The notes under the pieces: generated by a model
The model's input: the letters and a program-made list of their open reading frames with translations, nothing else
The model's database searches: none
Told to the model about the DNA's origin: nothing
Made by a program: the position numbers and the translations under genes
In this document: piece by piece, positions 36,624 through 46,900 of the stretch
Numbering within the stretch: the stretch's first letter is position 1
How the letters are laid out: each line of letters begins with the position of its first letter
Origin: Verrucomicrobiota bacterium
GTDB lineage: Bacteria > Verrucomicrobiota > Verrucomicrobiia > Limisphaerales > JADJPG01
Reading direction: 5' to 3'
Assembly: GCA_046048995.1 (NCBI GenBank)
Contig: JBJOEZ010000023.1
Span: 475 to 64,474 of the forward strand
DNA length: 64,000 bases

Positions 36624-36716
36624 GTAGCCGCGGGCCGGGAGGCCGGACGGCTGCGCCGTTGGCTGGTGAGAGCACAGGGTCGGCGAGCCCTGCAGCCGCC
36701 AGGCGGCCGCGGCTAC
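36624..36716. repeat. 93-bp element bounded by a 10-bp perfect inverted repeat (GTAGCCGCGG ... CCGCGGCTAC)
   Basis: Left arm 36624-36633, right arm 36707-36716. The termini share the GTAGC/GCTAC ends and the 'ccGTAG' lead-in of the double-hairpin repeats. Lies between convergent genes. Confidence 0.5.
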
Positions 36717-36736
36717 TGAAGGGGGAGGGCGGGAGC

Positions 36737-36961
36737 CTAGCGCTGCGGAGCGCTGCCACCGCGGGCGGAGTCGTCCACGGTCGCGATGTTGCCGGCATGG
36801 CGGGCGCGCGCGGCCGCATACTTCGCGGAAGCATGCATCTCGCTCACCTGGCTGGAGGCCACCTGCTGGGTGGCTTCCCAGAGCAGGAAGGTTTCAACCG
36901 TGGCCCAGGCGGAAACACCGAGGGCGGCGAGCAGGAGAAGGGTGGAAAAATGTTTTTTCAT
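36737..36961 (-). CDS. small secreted hypothetical protein (74 aa)
   Basis: Signal-like N-terminus MKKHFSTLLLLAALGVSAWA. Lies 98 bp downstream of the PEP-CTERM gene on the same strand. No homology recognised. Confidence 0.4.
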   Translation of the reverse strand: MKKHFSTLLLLAALGVSAWATVETFLLWEATQQVASSQVSEMHASAKYAAARARHAGNIATVDDSARGGSAPQR

Positions 36962-37059
36962 GGTTGGGTGGAATCGCGGAACCGGGGACTCCCGGTGCAG
37001 CCTAGATATCGGCAGCCGCGGCCCGCAAATGAAGCGGGCCGGGGCGGCCTGGCGGCGGA

Positions 37060-37644
37060 TCAGGAACGCCGCCGCAGGAAACGCTGGGTGGCGAGGAGGG
37101 TGAGCAGGCCGACACCCATGAGGCTGGCCGCACCGGGCTCGGGCACGGGGTTGGCCGCAATGAAGCTGATATTACCGGCGCTCCAGTTGCCGCTCACGCC
37201 GTTGTCGTACTGCTGGAACTCCGCGTCAAAGGCGCGCACGGTGTTGTTGGGGCCATACTCGACATTCAGGATGTTGAAATAGCCCACGATGCTGTCGAGC
37301 GAGACCCCGGGGCGGGTGAAGGCCATGGCCGGGGCGCCGGCGGCCTGGTTGGGCCAGAGTTGCGCATTGTTGTAGGTGCCCACGGTCAGCGGGCCGCCGT
37401 CGGGCGCGGCGAAGCTCAGGTTCCACGTGTGGACCGGCGAGCTGATCGTGAGGGAAATGCTGTTGTTGGCGTTGAGCGTCGCCGAGAAGGTGTAACCTCC
37501 GGCTTCGTTCACCGACATGGTTTGCCCCTGCCCCACCAGGCTGCCAGGCAGGCTGGTGAAGTAGAAGCTGGAGCCCTGGCCGAAGGCCTGGGTGGCGAGC
37601 GCCAGCAGGGTCGCGCTGACGAGGCTGAGCGTTTTCAGTTTCAT
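37060..37644 (-). CDS. PEP-CTERM sorting-domain protein
   Basis: Signal peptide MKLKTLSLVSATLLALATQAFG. C-terminal VPEPGAASLMGVGLLTLLATQRFLRRRS is a PEP motif, a TM helix and a basic tail. Confidence 0.85.
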   Translation of the reverse strand: MKLKTLSLVSATLLALATQAFGQGSSFYFTSLPGSLVGQGQTMSVNEAGGYTFSATLNANNSISLTISSPVHTWNLSFAAPDGGPLTVGTYNNAQLWPNQAAGAPAMAFTRPGVSLDSIVGYFNILNVEYGPNNTVRAFDAEFQQYDNGVSGNWSAGNISFIAANPVPEPGAASLMGVGLLTLLATQRFLRRRS

Positions 37645-37883
37645 GGTCTCTGACGGTTGCAGGTTGACTTCTGACCCCGGGCGGACCCGCGGGCACGGGC
37701 TTCAACGGCGTCCGGGAAAAACCCTTTAGGAGAAAAATAAAACTTTTTTGCGCCACCCCCGGGCCCGGTCCTTGCCTTGCACACCGGGCCGCTTTCCGTT
37801 TACCTAACTCCATGTGATTCCGCCGCGCCGCGCGGACGCGATCCGGCACCCGGGGCCGGACCCCGGGACGGGGAACGCGGCAG

Positions 37884-38501
37884 ATGCCCGGGCCTGAAAC
37901 CCAGAACGCCTTGAAAGAATTGCACAACCTCCGCGGCCTGCCCGAGGCCGAGGCCCGCACCCGCCGCAACGGCCACCCCGGCTGCGTCGTGTGGCTGACG
38001 GGCCTGTCCGCCTCGGGCAAATCCACCATCGCCTCCGAGCTCCACGCCCGCCTCTTTGCCGCCGGCCGCCAGTGCTACCTGATCGATGGCGACATCCTCC
38101 GCACCGGCCTCTGCTCGGATCTCAAGTTCACCCCCGAGGACCGCCATGAAAACATCCGGCGCGTGGGCGAGGTCGCCGGCCTGTTCGCCGATGCCGGCAT
38201 CATCTGCATCGCCGCCTTCATCTCCCCCTACCGCGCCGACCGGGCCCTGGTCCGCGGCATGACCCACGGCCGCCCCTTCATCGAGGTCTACGTCAACGCC
38301 CCCATCGAGATCTGCATCCAGCGCGATCCCAAGGGCCTCTACGCCAAGGCCCGCGCCGGGCAAATAACCCAGTTCACGGGCATCTCCGCCCCCTACGAAC
38401 CCCCGGAACACCCCCAACTCGAGCTGCGCACCGACCGCCTCAGCGTCCCGGAATGCGTCGACCAACTCCTGGCCCACCTCGAGTCCTCCTGGCGCGCCTG
38501 A
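37884..38501 (+). CDS. cysC: adenylyl-sulfate (APS) kinase
   Basis: VWLTGLSASGKSTIA P-loop, YLIDGDILR, FISPYRADR and KGLYAKARAG are all canonical CysC motifs. Confidence 0.9.
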   Translation: MPGPETQNALKELHNLRGLPEAEARTRRNGHPGCVVWLTGLSASGKSTIASELHARLFAAGRQCYLIDGDILRTGLCSDLKFTPEDRHENIRRVGEVAGLFADAGIICIAAFISPYRADRALVRGMTHGRPFIEVYVNAPIEICIQRDPKGLYAKARAGQITQFTGISAPYEPPEHPQLELRTDRLSVPECVDQLLAHLESSWRA

Positions 38502-38535
38502 GCCCGTTCCCGGCCACCCGCGCGGACCTCAAACC

Positions 38536-39357
38536 ATGACCTCAGCCGCCAGCCCAGCCACCACCACCCGGGCTGTCCCGTTCGACAACCGCTCCAGCCG
38601 CCTGCCGGATCGCCTCGCCGCCCTGCTCGGCCGGACCGCCCGTGGCGGACGCCACTTCCGCTTCCAGGCGAACGGCCGCACCATCACCTACTGCTACATC
38701 CGCAAGAACGCCTGCAGCGCCTTCAAGAAGCTGATCACCGGCGTCTCCCCCCACCAGGAACAGCTGGCCGCACACCCAGAGGCCATGTCGTTCCTCTCCC
38801 GGCACCACCGCGTCCGCTCCCTCCGCGACCTCATGGCGGCCGATCACCGCATCTTCGTCTATCGCGATCCCATCGAGCGCGCGGTGTCTCTCTACAAGAA
38901 CAAGTTCATCGCCCAGCTCGACCACACGGACATCTTTGCCAGCTACCACCGCCGGACCGGACGGGATCCGCAGCAGGCGTCCTTCCGCGATTACGTGCTT
39001 CATTACCTTGGCCACGACCAGTCGGCCCTCGACCCGCATTGCCATTCCCAAATCCGGCAGCTGGCCCCGGCCCTCTACACGGAGGCCATTCCCATGCGCT
39101 CGCTGCACGAGGCCATGGCCGGCATCCTGGGCGCCGACTTGGCCGGCCGCTACTTCCGCATCCGGGTCAACGCCACCGAGGCCGTCGAGGACCCGGCCCC
39201 GGCCGCCCACCGCGCCGCCGCCGACCTGCACGAGGCCTACCAGGCATCCGGACGCATGCCCGCCAACGCCGCCCTGCTGGAACCCGCCCTCCTCCAGCGC
39301 CTGCAGGAACTCTACGCGGACGACCTCGCCATGGTGCAGGCCCTGGCCGTGGCCTGA
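38536..39357 (+). CDS. Sulfotransfer_2 (CHST-like carbohydrate) sulfotransferase
   Basis: The 5'-PSB-like motif YCYIRKNACSAFKKLI compares with CHST VPKVACTNWK. The 3'-PB-like motif FVYRDPIERAVSLYKNKF compares with FVREP.ERLVSAYRDKF. Lies 34 bp downstream of cysC. Confidence 0.8.
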   Translation: MTSAASPATTTRAVPFDNRSSRLPDRLAALLGRTARGGRHFRFQANGRTITYCYIRKNACSAFKKLITGVSPHQEQLAAHPEAMSFLSRHHRVRSLRDLMAADHRIFVYRDPIERAVSLYKNKFIAQLDHTDIFASYHRRTGRDPQQASFRDYVLHYLGHDQSALDPHCHSQIRQLAPALYTEAIPMRSLHEAMAGILGADLAGRYFRIRVNATEAVEDPAPAAHRAAADLHEAYQASGRMPANAALLEPALLQRLQELYADDLAMVQALAVA

Positions 39358-39462
39358 TCCGGCCACGCCACGGACGCGGACCCACAAACGGCCTTGACGC
39401 TCGGCGCCCCCATCCAAAAGCTCCCCCACCCATGCTCCGCACCCCGAACCCCCGCCCCCCGC

Positions 39463-40335
39463 ATGCCTGAACCCGGGGTCCACTTCACCTTCGAACAACA
39501 GCCGGTCCGGTTCCGGTCGGTGGCGGACGACGACCACATGCTCCGCCTGATGCGCCAGACCGGCACGTTCTACGAGCAGGATGTCCTGCTGCGGCTGCGC
39601 GACCGGTTGCAGGCCGGCGGACGGCGCGGGGCGGCCATCGATGCCGGCGGCTTCATCGGCACCCACTCCGTGTTCCTCCGCAAGTTCTGCGGGCTCCAGC
39701 CCGTGCTGACCTTCGAGGCCAGCCCCGGCAACCACGCCATCCTCCGCGACAACCTCCAGGCCAACGGCGTCGGCGACGACGTCATCGCGGTCAACCTCGC
39801 CCTCGGCGCCCAACCCGGGCATGCCGCCGTCCTTTCCGCCGAGGAGGCCAACCGCGGCCGCACCCGCGTCGAACTCGGCTCCACCGCCGCCGGCCACGCC
39901 TCCATTCCCGTCACCACCCTCGACACCGAGGTTCAGAACCGCCAACTCCCCCCCGTCGCCGCCATCAAGATTGACGTCGAGGGCGTCGAACTCGAGGTCC
40001 TCCGCGGCGGACTCCACGTCATCACCTCGCACCGGCCCGTCCTCTGCATCGAAATCCACTCCGCAGACCACCTCCGCCAGGCCCTCGCCCTCCTCAACCC
40101 CGGCCGCTACTGGATCGTCGATTGCCTCGGCTATTCCCCCACCTATCTGCTCGAACCCTGCCCCGACATTACCCCCGAACCCCGCCGCCACCAGGTCAAC
40201 CAGCTCTGGATCCGCCGCGCCCAACTGCCCCGCAGCTGGTCCTTCCTCCGCAAATTCCTCCGCCGCCGCGCCCAAAAACTCGCCGGCACCCGCTGGGATC
40301 CCCCGCCCAAGCCCCGCCGCTCCCCCGCCTCCTGA
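39463..40335 (+). CDS. FkbM-family methyltransferase
   Basis: AIDAGGFIGTHSVF (SAM motif) and IKIDVEGVELEVLRG are characteristic of FkbM family proteins. Start trimmed from TTG 39394 to ATG 39463. Confidence 0.8.
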   Translation: MPEPGVHFTFEQQPVRFRSVADDDHMLRLMRQTGTFYEQDVLLRLRDRLQAGGRRGAAIDAGGFIGTHSVFLRKFCGLQPVLTFEASPGNHAILRDNLQANGVGDDVIAVNLALGAQPGHAAVLSAEEANRGRTRVELGSTAAGHASIPVTTLDTEVQNRQLPPVAAIKIDVEGVELEVLRGGLHVITSHRPVLCIEIHSADHLRQALALLNPGRYWIVDCLGYSPTYLLEPCPDITPEPRRHQVNQLWIRRAQLPRSWSFLRKFLRRRAQKLAGTRWDPPPKPRRSPAS

Positions 40336-40372
40336 CCCGCCTCGTCCCAGTCCCATCCGCCCCTTCACCACG

Positions 40373-41608
40373 TCACCGGCGGAGCAATCCCTCGTAGTAC
40401 TCCACCAAACGGTCCTGCAGCCTTCGCAGGTCAAAGTTCGCCTCTACAAACGCCCGGCCCGCCCGGCCCAGGGCCGGCCATTCCGCCGACCGCTCCAGCA
40501 ATCCCCCCAGCGCCCGGGCCAGGGCTTCCGGATCCCGCTCGGATACCAGGAAACCCGATTCCCCTTCCGCCACCGATTCCGGAATGCCCCCAATCCGGCT
40601 CGCCACCACCGGCAGCCCCATCGCCTGCGCCTCCAGCAGGACCACCCCCTGCGTCTCCTCCGTCCCGTCCCGTCCCACCACGCTCGGCAACAGGAACACA
40701 TCCGCGTTCCCCAGCGCCGCCAGCACCCGCTCCTGCGTGCATCCCCCCAGGAAGGTCACCCGGTCCGCCACGCCCAGTGCCCCGGCCAACCGCTCCAGTT
40801 CCGCCCGGCACGGACCCTCCCCAATCACCTCGTAACTCAACCCGGGACACGCCGGCGCCAGGCGCGCCACCGCCCGCAGCGCCACGTCAATCCCCTTGGC
40901 CTCCACCAACCGCGCCACCGTCAGCACGCGCATCACCCCCGGCCGGGCCGGCGGCCGCGACCCCGGCCGGAAACGCCGCAGGTCCACCCCCATCGGGAGG
41001 ATCACCAACCGCTCCGCCGGGCAACCCAGTTCCCGCAGGCGACCGGCCGTGAACCGCGAGTTCGCCATGAACAACTCGCCGCGCGCGAACAGCGCCGCAT
41101 AGGGATTCCGCCGGCCGCGCCCCGCCCGCACGTTGATGTCGTAACCATGAAACGAGGTGACCAGCCGCCCGCGCACCGCCCCGATGTCCCGCAGCGCCAG
41201 GGCCTTCACCCCGTTGGGACCGAAATGGGCGTGCACGATGTCATAGGCCGGCCGGGCCGGCAGGAAGGGCCGGGCCGCCGCCAGGAGCCGGAAGGACGAG
41301 GCCAGGCGGCCATGGCGCCACGGGTTCAGGGACGCCAGCACGGTCCGCGGCGCCAGCGGCAGGCTGCGCGCCGCCAGGGCGGCGGCGGCCCAGGGGCGCG
41401 CCAGGGAGTTGCCCGGCAACCGCACCGCATAATGGGTGCGCTCCCGCAGACCCAGCCGCGCCACCTCCGCGTGCACCGGTCCGTCACCCCCGGGCCGATC
41501 GGCATAGATGTCGACCGTGTGCCCCTGCTCCAGCAACCCCGTGATTTGGTTGAGGACAAAGGTCTCCGACAACGCCGGAAAGCGCCCGAGGACAAAGGCG
41601 ATGTTCAC
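40373..41608 (-). CDS. glycosyltransferase family 4
   Basis: (M)NIAFVLGRFPALSETFVLNQI N-terminus (WcaL-like). C-terminal EETQGVVLLEAQAMGLPVVASRIGGIPE is the GT4 E-x7-E region. GTG start at 41608. Confidence 0.85.
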   Translation of the reverse strand: MNIAFVLGRFPALSETFVLNQITGLLEQGHTVDIYADRPGGDGPVHAEVARLGLRERTHYAVRLPGNSLARPWAAAALAARSLPLAPRTVLASLNPWRHGRLASSFRLLAAARPFLPARPAYDIVHAHFGPNGVKALALRDIGAVRGRLVTSFHGYDINVRAGRGRRNPYAALFARGELFMANSRFTAGRLRELGCPAERLVILPMGVDLRRFRPGSRPPARPGVMRVLTVARLVEAKGIDVALRAVARLAPACPGLSYEVIGEGPCRAELERLAGALGVADRVTFLGGCTQERVLAALGNADVFLLPSVVGRDGTEETQGVVLLEAQAMGLPVVASRIGGIPESVAEGESGFLVSERDPEALARALGGLLERSAEWPALGRAGRAFVEANFDLRRLQDRLVEYYEGLLRR

Positions 41609-41735
41609 TGGGAAGGGAAATCAGGGCGGGCCGCATTGCACGCCAACCCGCCGGGCGAAGATGAGGGGGAGGCTCCGCCGTGAGCCAGTGCAAAGTTTGA
41701 CGCTGCCCCCCGGCGTCGGGTAGACACCCCCGGTC

Positions 41736-42662
41736 ATGCCCGCCCCCGCCGTGGCCGCCATCATTCCGGTGTTCAACCGGCCGCGCGCCATTGTGGAGGC
41801 CCTCGACAGCGTGCTGGCGCAAACCCGTCCCCCCGGCAAGCTCGTGGTGGTGGACGACGGCTCCACCGACGACACCGCGCAGCGGGTGGAGGAATGGCTG
41901 GCCGCGCGTCGTCCACCCTTCCCGGCCCTGCTGGTCCGGCAGCCCAACCAGGGCGCGGCGACCGCGCGCAACCGCGGCGCCGCCGAGGCGCCCGACTGTG
42001 ACCTGCTCGCCTTCCTCGACTCGGACGACCTCTGGCCGCCGGACTATGTCCAGCGCGTGTGCGACGCCATGGCGGCCGCGCCGGACGCCGTGGCCGCCTG
42101 TGCGGACCGGGTCAACCACGACTACGCCACCGGCGCCGTCGAGCCCCGCAGCTACGCCCACTACGCCACGGGCCGGCGCAATGCCACCACGTTGATCTTC
42201 ATGGACGGCCCGCCCGGCACGTCGGGCACCGTGTTCCGGCGCAGCGCCTTCACGCAGGCCGGGGCCTTCGACCCGCGCTGGCCAACCGGGCAGGACTACG
42301 ACCTCATGCTGCGCGTGAGCCTGCTCGGACGCTGGCTCCACCTCCCCGGGGCCCCCCTCACCACCCGCAACCACCTCGAGGTCGTCACCGGCAGCGGCGA
42401 ACCGCCCCTCAGCCGCAAATACGCCGACCGCGTCTTCCGCCGCGTGCAGATGCTGGACCGCTTCATCTTCGAGTGCGGCGGCCGCCAGGCGGTGCCCGAA
42501 CGGCTGTGGCGCCGGCGTCTCTCCGTCCTCTGGCACCGCGCCGCCCGCAAGCTCCTCGACCTCGGCCGCACGGACGACGCCCGCACCTGCCTCCAACGCA
42601 CCCTCGCCCTCCGCCCCTGGCACCTCCCCGCCCGACTCCGCTTGCTGCGCCTCCCCCGCTGA
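41736..42662 (+). CDS. glycosyltransferase family 2
   Basis: AAIIPVFNRPRAIVEALDSVLAQTRPPGKLVVVDDGSTDDT and the DxD motif FLDSDD. Confidence 0.85.
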   Translation: MPAPAVAAIIPVFNRPRAIVEALDSVLAQTRPPGKLVVVDDGSTDDTAQRVEEWLAARRPPFPALLVRQPNQGAATARNRGAAEAPDCDLLAFLDSDDLWPPDYVQRVCDAMAAAPDAVAACADRVNHDYATGAVEPRSYAHYATGRRNATTLIFMDGPPGTSGTVFRRSAFTQAGAFDPRWPTGQDYDLMLRVSLLGRWLHLPGAPLTTRNHLEVVTGSGEPPLSRKYADRVFRRVQMLDRFIFECGGRQAVPERLWRRRLSVLWHRAARKLLDLGRTDDARTCLQRTLALRPWHLPARLRLLRLPR

Positions 42663-42800
42663 CCCTTCCAGCCCGCCCCTGCCTCACCGGGACGGCCCCC
42701 GGCCCCCATCCCACTCTTGGTTTTTCATTGTCGAAACCCGGCCGCCCCCTAATTTCGTCCACAACACCGCGCGTCCGGCAACCACCGCCGGGCGGCCACC

Positions 42801-43922
42801 ATGCAGATCGATCGCATCGAGACCCTCCACGGCGCAGCCCACGACTCGCCCAGTCTGGCCGCGCTCCTCGGCGATTGCCTCGAACCCGGCATCCTCACCC
42901 TCGACTCGGATCGGCGCCTCCTGCTCGTCAATGACCGCGCCGCCCGCCTCTGCGGCCTGACCCCGGCCGCGGAACGCCCGCCCGGCGCCGCCCTCCCCGG
43001 CACCTCCCTCCTGCCCAGCGCGCTCCGCCGCCTCCTCGACGAGGTCTTCCGCCAGGGCGCCGAACCCGGCCCCCGCCAAATCCTGCTGGCCGACCCGGCC
43101 GGGCCCGAGCGCCTCGTCCAAGTCACCCCCGCGGTGCAACGCGGCCCCGCCGGACGCATCGCCGGGGTCACCCTGGTCCTCCAGGATCTCAACCTCGCCA
43201 GCCGCTTCGAGCTCACCCTCCAGCGCCTCGACCGCCTCGCCGGCATCGGCACCCTCGCCGCCGGCATGGCGCACGAAATCAAGAACGCCATGGTCGCGGT
43301 AAAGACCTTCCTCGACCTGCTCATGCAGGGCAAACAGGACCCCCAGCTGGCCGCCATCGTCCAGCGCGAGCTGGACCGCATCAACTCCATCGTCACGCGG
43401 ATGCTCCGGTTCTCCAGCCCGTCCCGCGCCAGCTTCACCACCCTGCACCTCCACCCTCTCCTCGAGCAGTCCCTCGGGCTGCTCCAGCCCCACCTCGACG
43501 GACAAAAGGTCACCGTCGACCGCACCCTCACCGCCAGCCCCGACGCCGTCAGCGGCGACAGCTACCAGCTGGAACAGGTTTTCCTCAACCTGTTCTTCAA
43601 CGCCCTCGACGCCATGGGCCCCAACGGCCATCTCCGCGTCCACACGGAATCCCTCCCCGCCGGCGCCCCCGGCCTGCCCGACACCGCCGCCGTCCGCGTC
43701 ACCGTCCAGGACTCCGGCATCGGCATCCCGCCGGAAAACCTCGCGCGCCTCTTCGAGCCCTTCTTCACCACCAAACCCCAGGGCACCGGCCTCGGCCTGC
43801 CCATCACCCAGCGCATCATCCAGGAACACCGCGGCGTCATCCAGGTGGACAGCCACCCCGGCCAGGGCTCCTCCTTCCACGTCCTGCTCCCCATCGCCGC
43901 GCCGCCCGGCGTCGCCCCCTGA
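42801..43922 (+). CDS. cytoplasmic PAS-domain sensor histidine kinase (NtrB/AtoS-like)
   Basis: H-box [11 protein letters not shown]-box [12 protein letters not shown]-boxes DSGIGIP and GTGLGLPI. No TM segments are evident. Confidence 0.85.
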   Translation: MQIDRIETLHGAAHDSPSLAALLGDCLEPGILTLDSDRRLLLVNDRAARLCGLTPAAERPPGAALPGTSLLPSALRRLLDEVFRQGAEPGPRQILLADPAGPERLVQVTPAVQRGPAGRIAGVTLVLQDLNLASRFELTLQRLDRLAGIGTLAAGMAHEIKNAMVAVKTFLDLLMQGKQDPQLAAIVQRELDRINSIVTRMLRFSSPSRASFTTLHLHPLLEQSLGLLQPHLDGQKVTVDRTLTASPDAVSGDSYQLEQVFLNLFFNALDAMGPNGHLRVHTESLPAGAPGLPDTAAVRVTVQDSGIGIPPENLARLFEPFFTTKPQGTGLGLPITQRIIQEHRGVIQVDSHPGQGSSFHVLLPIAAPPGVAP

Positions 43923-43960
43923 TCCCGCGCCACCCCGCCGCCCGACCGCGGTCCCGCCCC

Positions 43961-46900
43961 ATGGCCGACCCCCGCCCGCCCCTGAACCGCGCGCTCGGGT
44001 TCCTCGCCGCCCTCGCCCTCGGCCTCGCCACCACCCGCGCCGCCGACTGGCAGCCGGTCGCCGTGCCCGCCCCCGCGCCCCCGCCGCCCGGCACCAGCCC
44101 GGTCATCTACCGCTGCTTCCTGCGTGTCCCCGACAACATGACCTCGCGCGCGCCGGTGGATCTCTGGACGGACTCCGCCCTGTTCAGCCTCGCCGACCTG
44201 CCCGGGCGCTTCACGCTCCTGCTCAACGGCCAACCCATCGCCGCCGGCGACGGCCTCCCGGCCGACCCGCCCCGCCGCTTCAAAATCCCCAAGGGCATCC
44301 TCGAACGGAAGGCCTTCAATGTCCTCGCCCTCCGCCTCGAGGGCGCCGCCGCCCATGGGCTGCGCGCGGCTCCCATCCTGCACGGATACCATGATGAACT
44401 CGTCCTCGAGGGAACCTGGGAACGCCTGGCCGGGGAGGCGGCCCCCGCCGACCTGCGCGCCGTCACCAACCGTCCCGCGCGCGCGGTCTTCACCGAGGCG
44501 CAGTTCCGTGAGGCGTCCACCGCCCTTGCCCCCAACGCCGAGCTCGTCCGCGGCCAGCGCCGCCCGCCCGCCGAGACCCTCGCGTCCTTCCGCACCCAGG
44601 CCGACCTCGCCGTCGACCTGCTCCTCCACGAACCCCGCGTCGCCCAACCCACCCACTTCAGCTTCGATGCCCGCGGCCGCCTCTGGGTCGCCCAATACCG
44701 CCAATACCCCTACCCGGCCGGCCTCAGGATGATCAGCCGCGACAAATATTACCGCGCCACCTTCGACCGTCTCCCGCCCGCCCCGCCCCGCCACGATCGC
44801 GGCCGCGACCTCATCTCCGTGCACGAGGACACCGACGGCGACGGCGTCTACGACCGGCACCGCGAGGTGCTCACCGGGCTCAACATGGCCAACGCCGTCC
44901 TCACGGGGCACGGCGGGATCTGGGTCATGCACACGCCCTACCTGCTCTTCTACCCGGACCGGGACGGGGACGACGTCCCCGACGGCGACCCCGAGGTGCG
45001 ATTGGCGGGGTTCGGGCTGGAGGACACGCACTCGGTGGCCAACGGGCTGGCCTGGGGGCCGGACGGCTGGATCTACGGCGCGCAGGGCAGCACCACGACC
45101 AGCCGGATCACCCGGCCGGGCAGCGACCCGCCCGGCGCGCCCGGCGTGTATTTCGAAAGCTGCATGGTCTGGCGCTATCACCCGGACACGCGCGCCTACG
45201 AGATCTTCGCCGAGGGCGGGGGCAACAACTTCGGCCTCGAGTTCGATGCCGAGGGCCGCCTGTTCTCCGGCCACAACGGCGGGGAAACCCGCGGCTGGCA
45301 CTTCGTCCAGCACGGCATCTACCTCAAGCAGGGCAAGGACCCCGGCAAGTTCGGCCCGCCCACCAACCCCTACGCCTTCGGCGAACTGGGCTTCCTCCGC
45401 ACCACCAACCGCATCCCCCGCTTCTCCCATTACTTCGCCATCGCCGGCGGCCCCGCCCTCCCGGCCGCCTACCACGGCCACTACTTCAACCTCGACCCCC
45501 TCCATCGCAGCATCATCCTCAGCGCGCCCGCGCGCGCCGGGTCCACCTTCACCACCCTCGACACCGGCCTCGCCCTCGAAAGCAGCGACCCCGCCTTCCG
45601 CCCCGTCTACGCCGCCGGCGCCCCCGACGGCTCCCTCTACGTCGCCGATTTCTACGAGGAATACATCGCGCACGGCCAAAACTACCAGGGCCAGATCGAT
45701 CCCGACTCCGGCCGCCTCTACCGCCTGCGCGGCGCCCAGGCCACGCTCGAGAAGGACATCCGCCTCGCGGACAAATCCTCCCCGGACCTCGTCGCCCTCC
45801 TCTCCCATCCCAACCCCTGGCATCGCCGGACCGCCGTGCGCCTGCTCGGCGAACGCCGCGACCCGGCCACCCGCGCCGCCCTCCGTCGGCTCCTCGATTC
45901 CGCCACCGCCGTCCATCCTGCCCTCGAGTCCCTCTGGGCGCTGCACCAGTGCGGCTGGCTGGATGAACCCACCGCGCTGGCCGCGCTCGCGCATCCCGCC
46001 GCTCCCGTGCGCGCCTGGGCGATCCGCCTGTCCGGCGACGCCCGCCAACTGTCGCCTCCCTTCCTCGCCGCCGTGCAGGCACGCCTCGCCACCGAGCCCG
46101 ACGCCGAGGTGCGCGGCCAGGCCGCCTCCACCGCCCGGCGCCTTCCCGCCCGCCAGGCCCTGCCCCTCATCGATACCCTGCTCCGCCGCGACGCCGACGC
46201 CCAGGATGCCTTCATTCCCCTGCTCTGCTGGTTCGCGCTCGAGCAACACGGTGACACTTCCCGCGACGACGTCCTCCGTCTCTTCGGCGCGCTCACTTCC
46301 TCTTCCCTCCAGGGGGAACGGCCCGGGGTGAGGGGTGAGTCGGTTCGCGGGGCGACCCCCTCACCGCTCTGGTCCTCCACCCTGGCCCGCCAACACATCC
46401 TGCCCCGCCTCATGCGCCGCGGCGCCGCCAAGGGCACGCGCGCCGATCTGCTGGCCTGCGCCGCCCTCTTCCGGTCCGCGCCGGACGCCGCCGCCCGGCA
46501 ACTCCTGCTGTCCGCCTTCGAGCAGGCGTTCCAGGGCCGCGCCCTGCCCCCCTTGCCCGTGGAATTGGCGGACGCCTTGGCGGACGCCGGCCAACCATCG
46601 CTGGTCTTCGCGCTGCGCCGCGGGGACACCGCCGCGATCACGCAGGGGCTGCGGGTCCTCCAGGACACCCAGGCGCCCCTGCAGGAGCGGCTCCAGTTGG
46701 TGCGCACGCTGGGCGAGATCGCAGTGCCGGGCGCCGGGACCGCCCTGCTGGCGGTGGCCCGGACGGAGGGCGACGCCGGGCTGCGGGCGGCCGCGCTGGC
46801 GGCGCTCTCCCGCTACGACGCCCCCGCCATCGGCACCGCGGTGGCCACCGCCTATCCCCAACTGCCGTCCGCCCTGCGGTCCGCCGCCCAAAACCTGCTG

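Noticed and set aside
37766-37781. cGGtccttgccTTGCA on the plus strand ~100 bp upstream of cysC: correct GG-N10-GC spacing and a perfect TTGCA -12 box
   Set aside because: The -24 element is degenerate (CGGTCC versus TGGCAC). A single partial match in GC-rich DNA is insufficient without a PWM score or experimental support, so it is not reported as a feature.
43562-46249. 895-aa minus-strand ORF opposite the histidine kinase and the PVC-type heme protein. Similar cases are 46361..47485, 38542..40434, 59683..61950, 61385..62806, 34331..36439, 10160..11860, 4973..6259, 26912..29077, 28722..31061, 30715..32370, 41484..42623, 42684..43880, 47503..48348 and 48512..49801
   Set aside because: All overlap genes with recognisable motifs on the other strand, and all have Arg/Pro/Gly/Ala-dominated or G/A/E/D-dominated translations. 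They are treated as high-GC artefacts.
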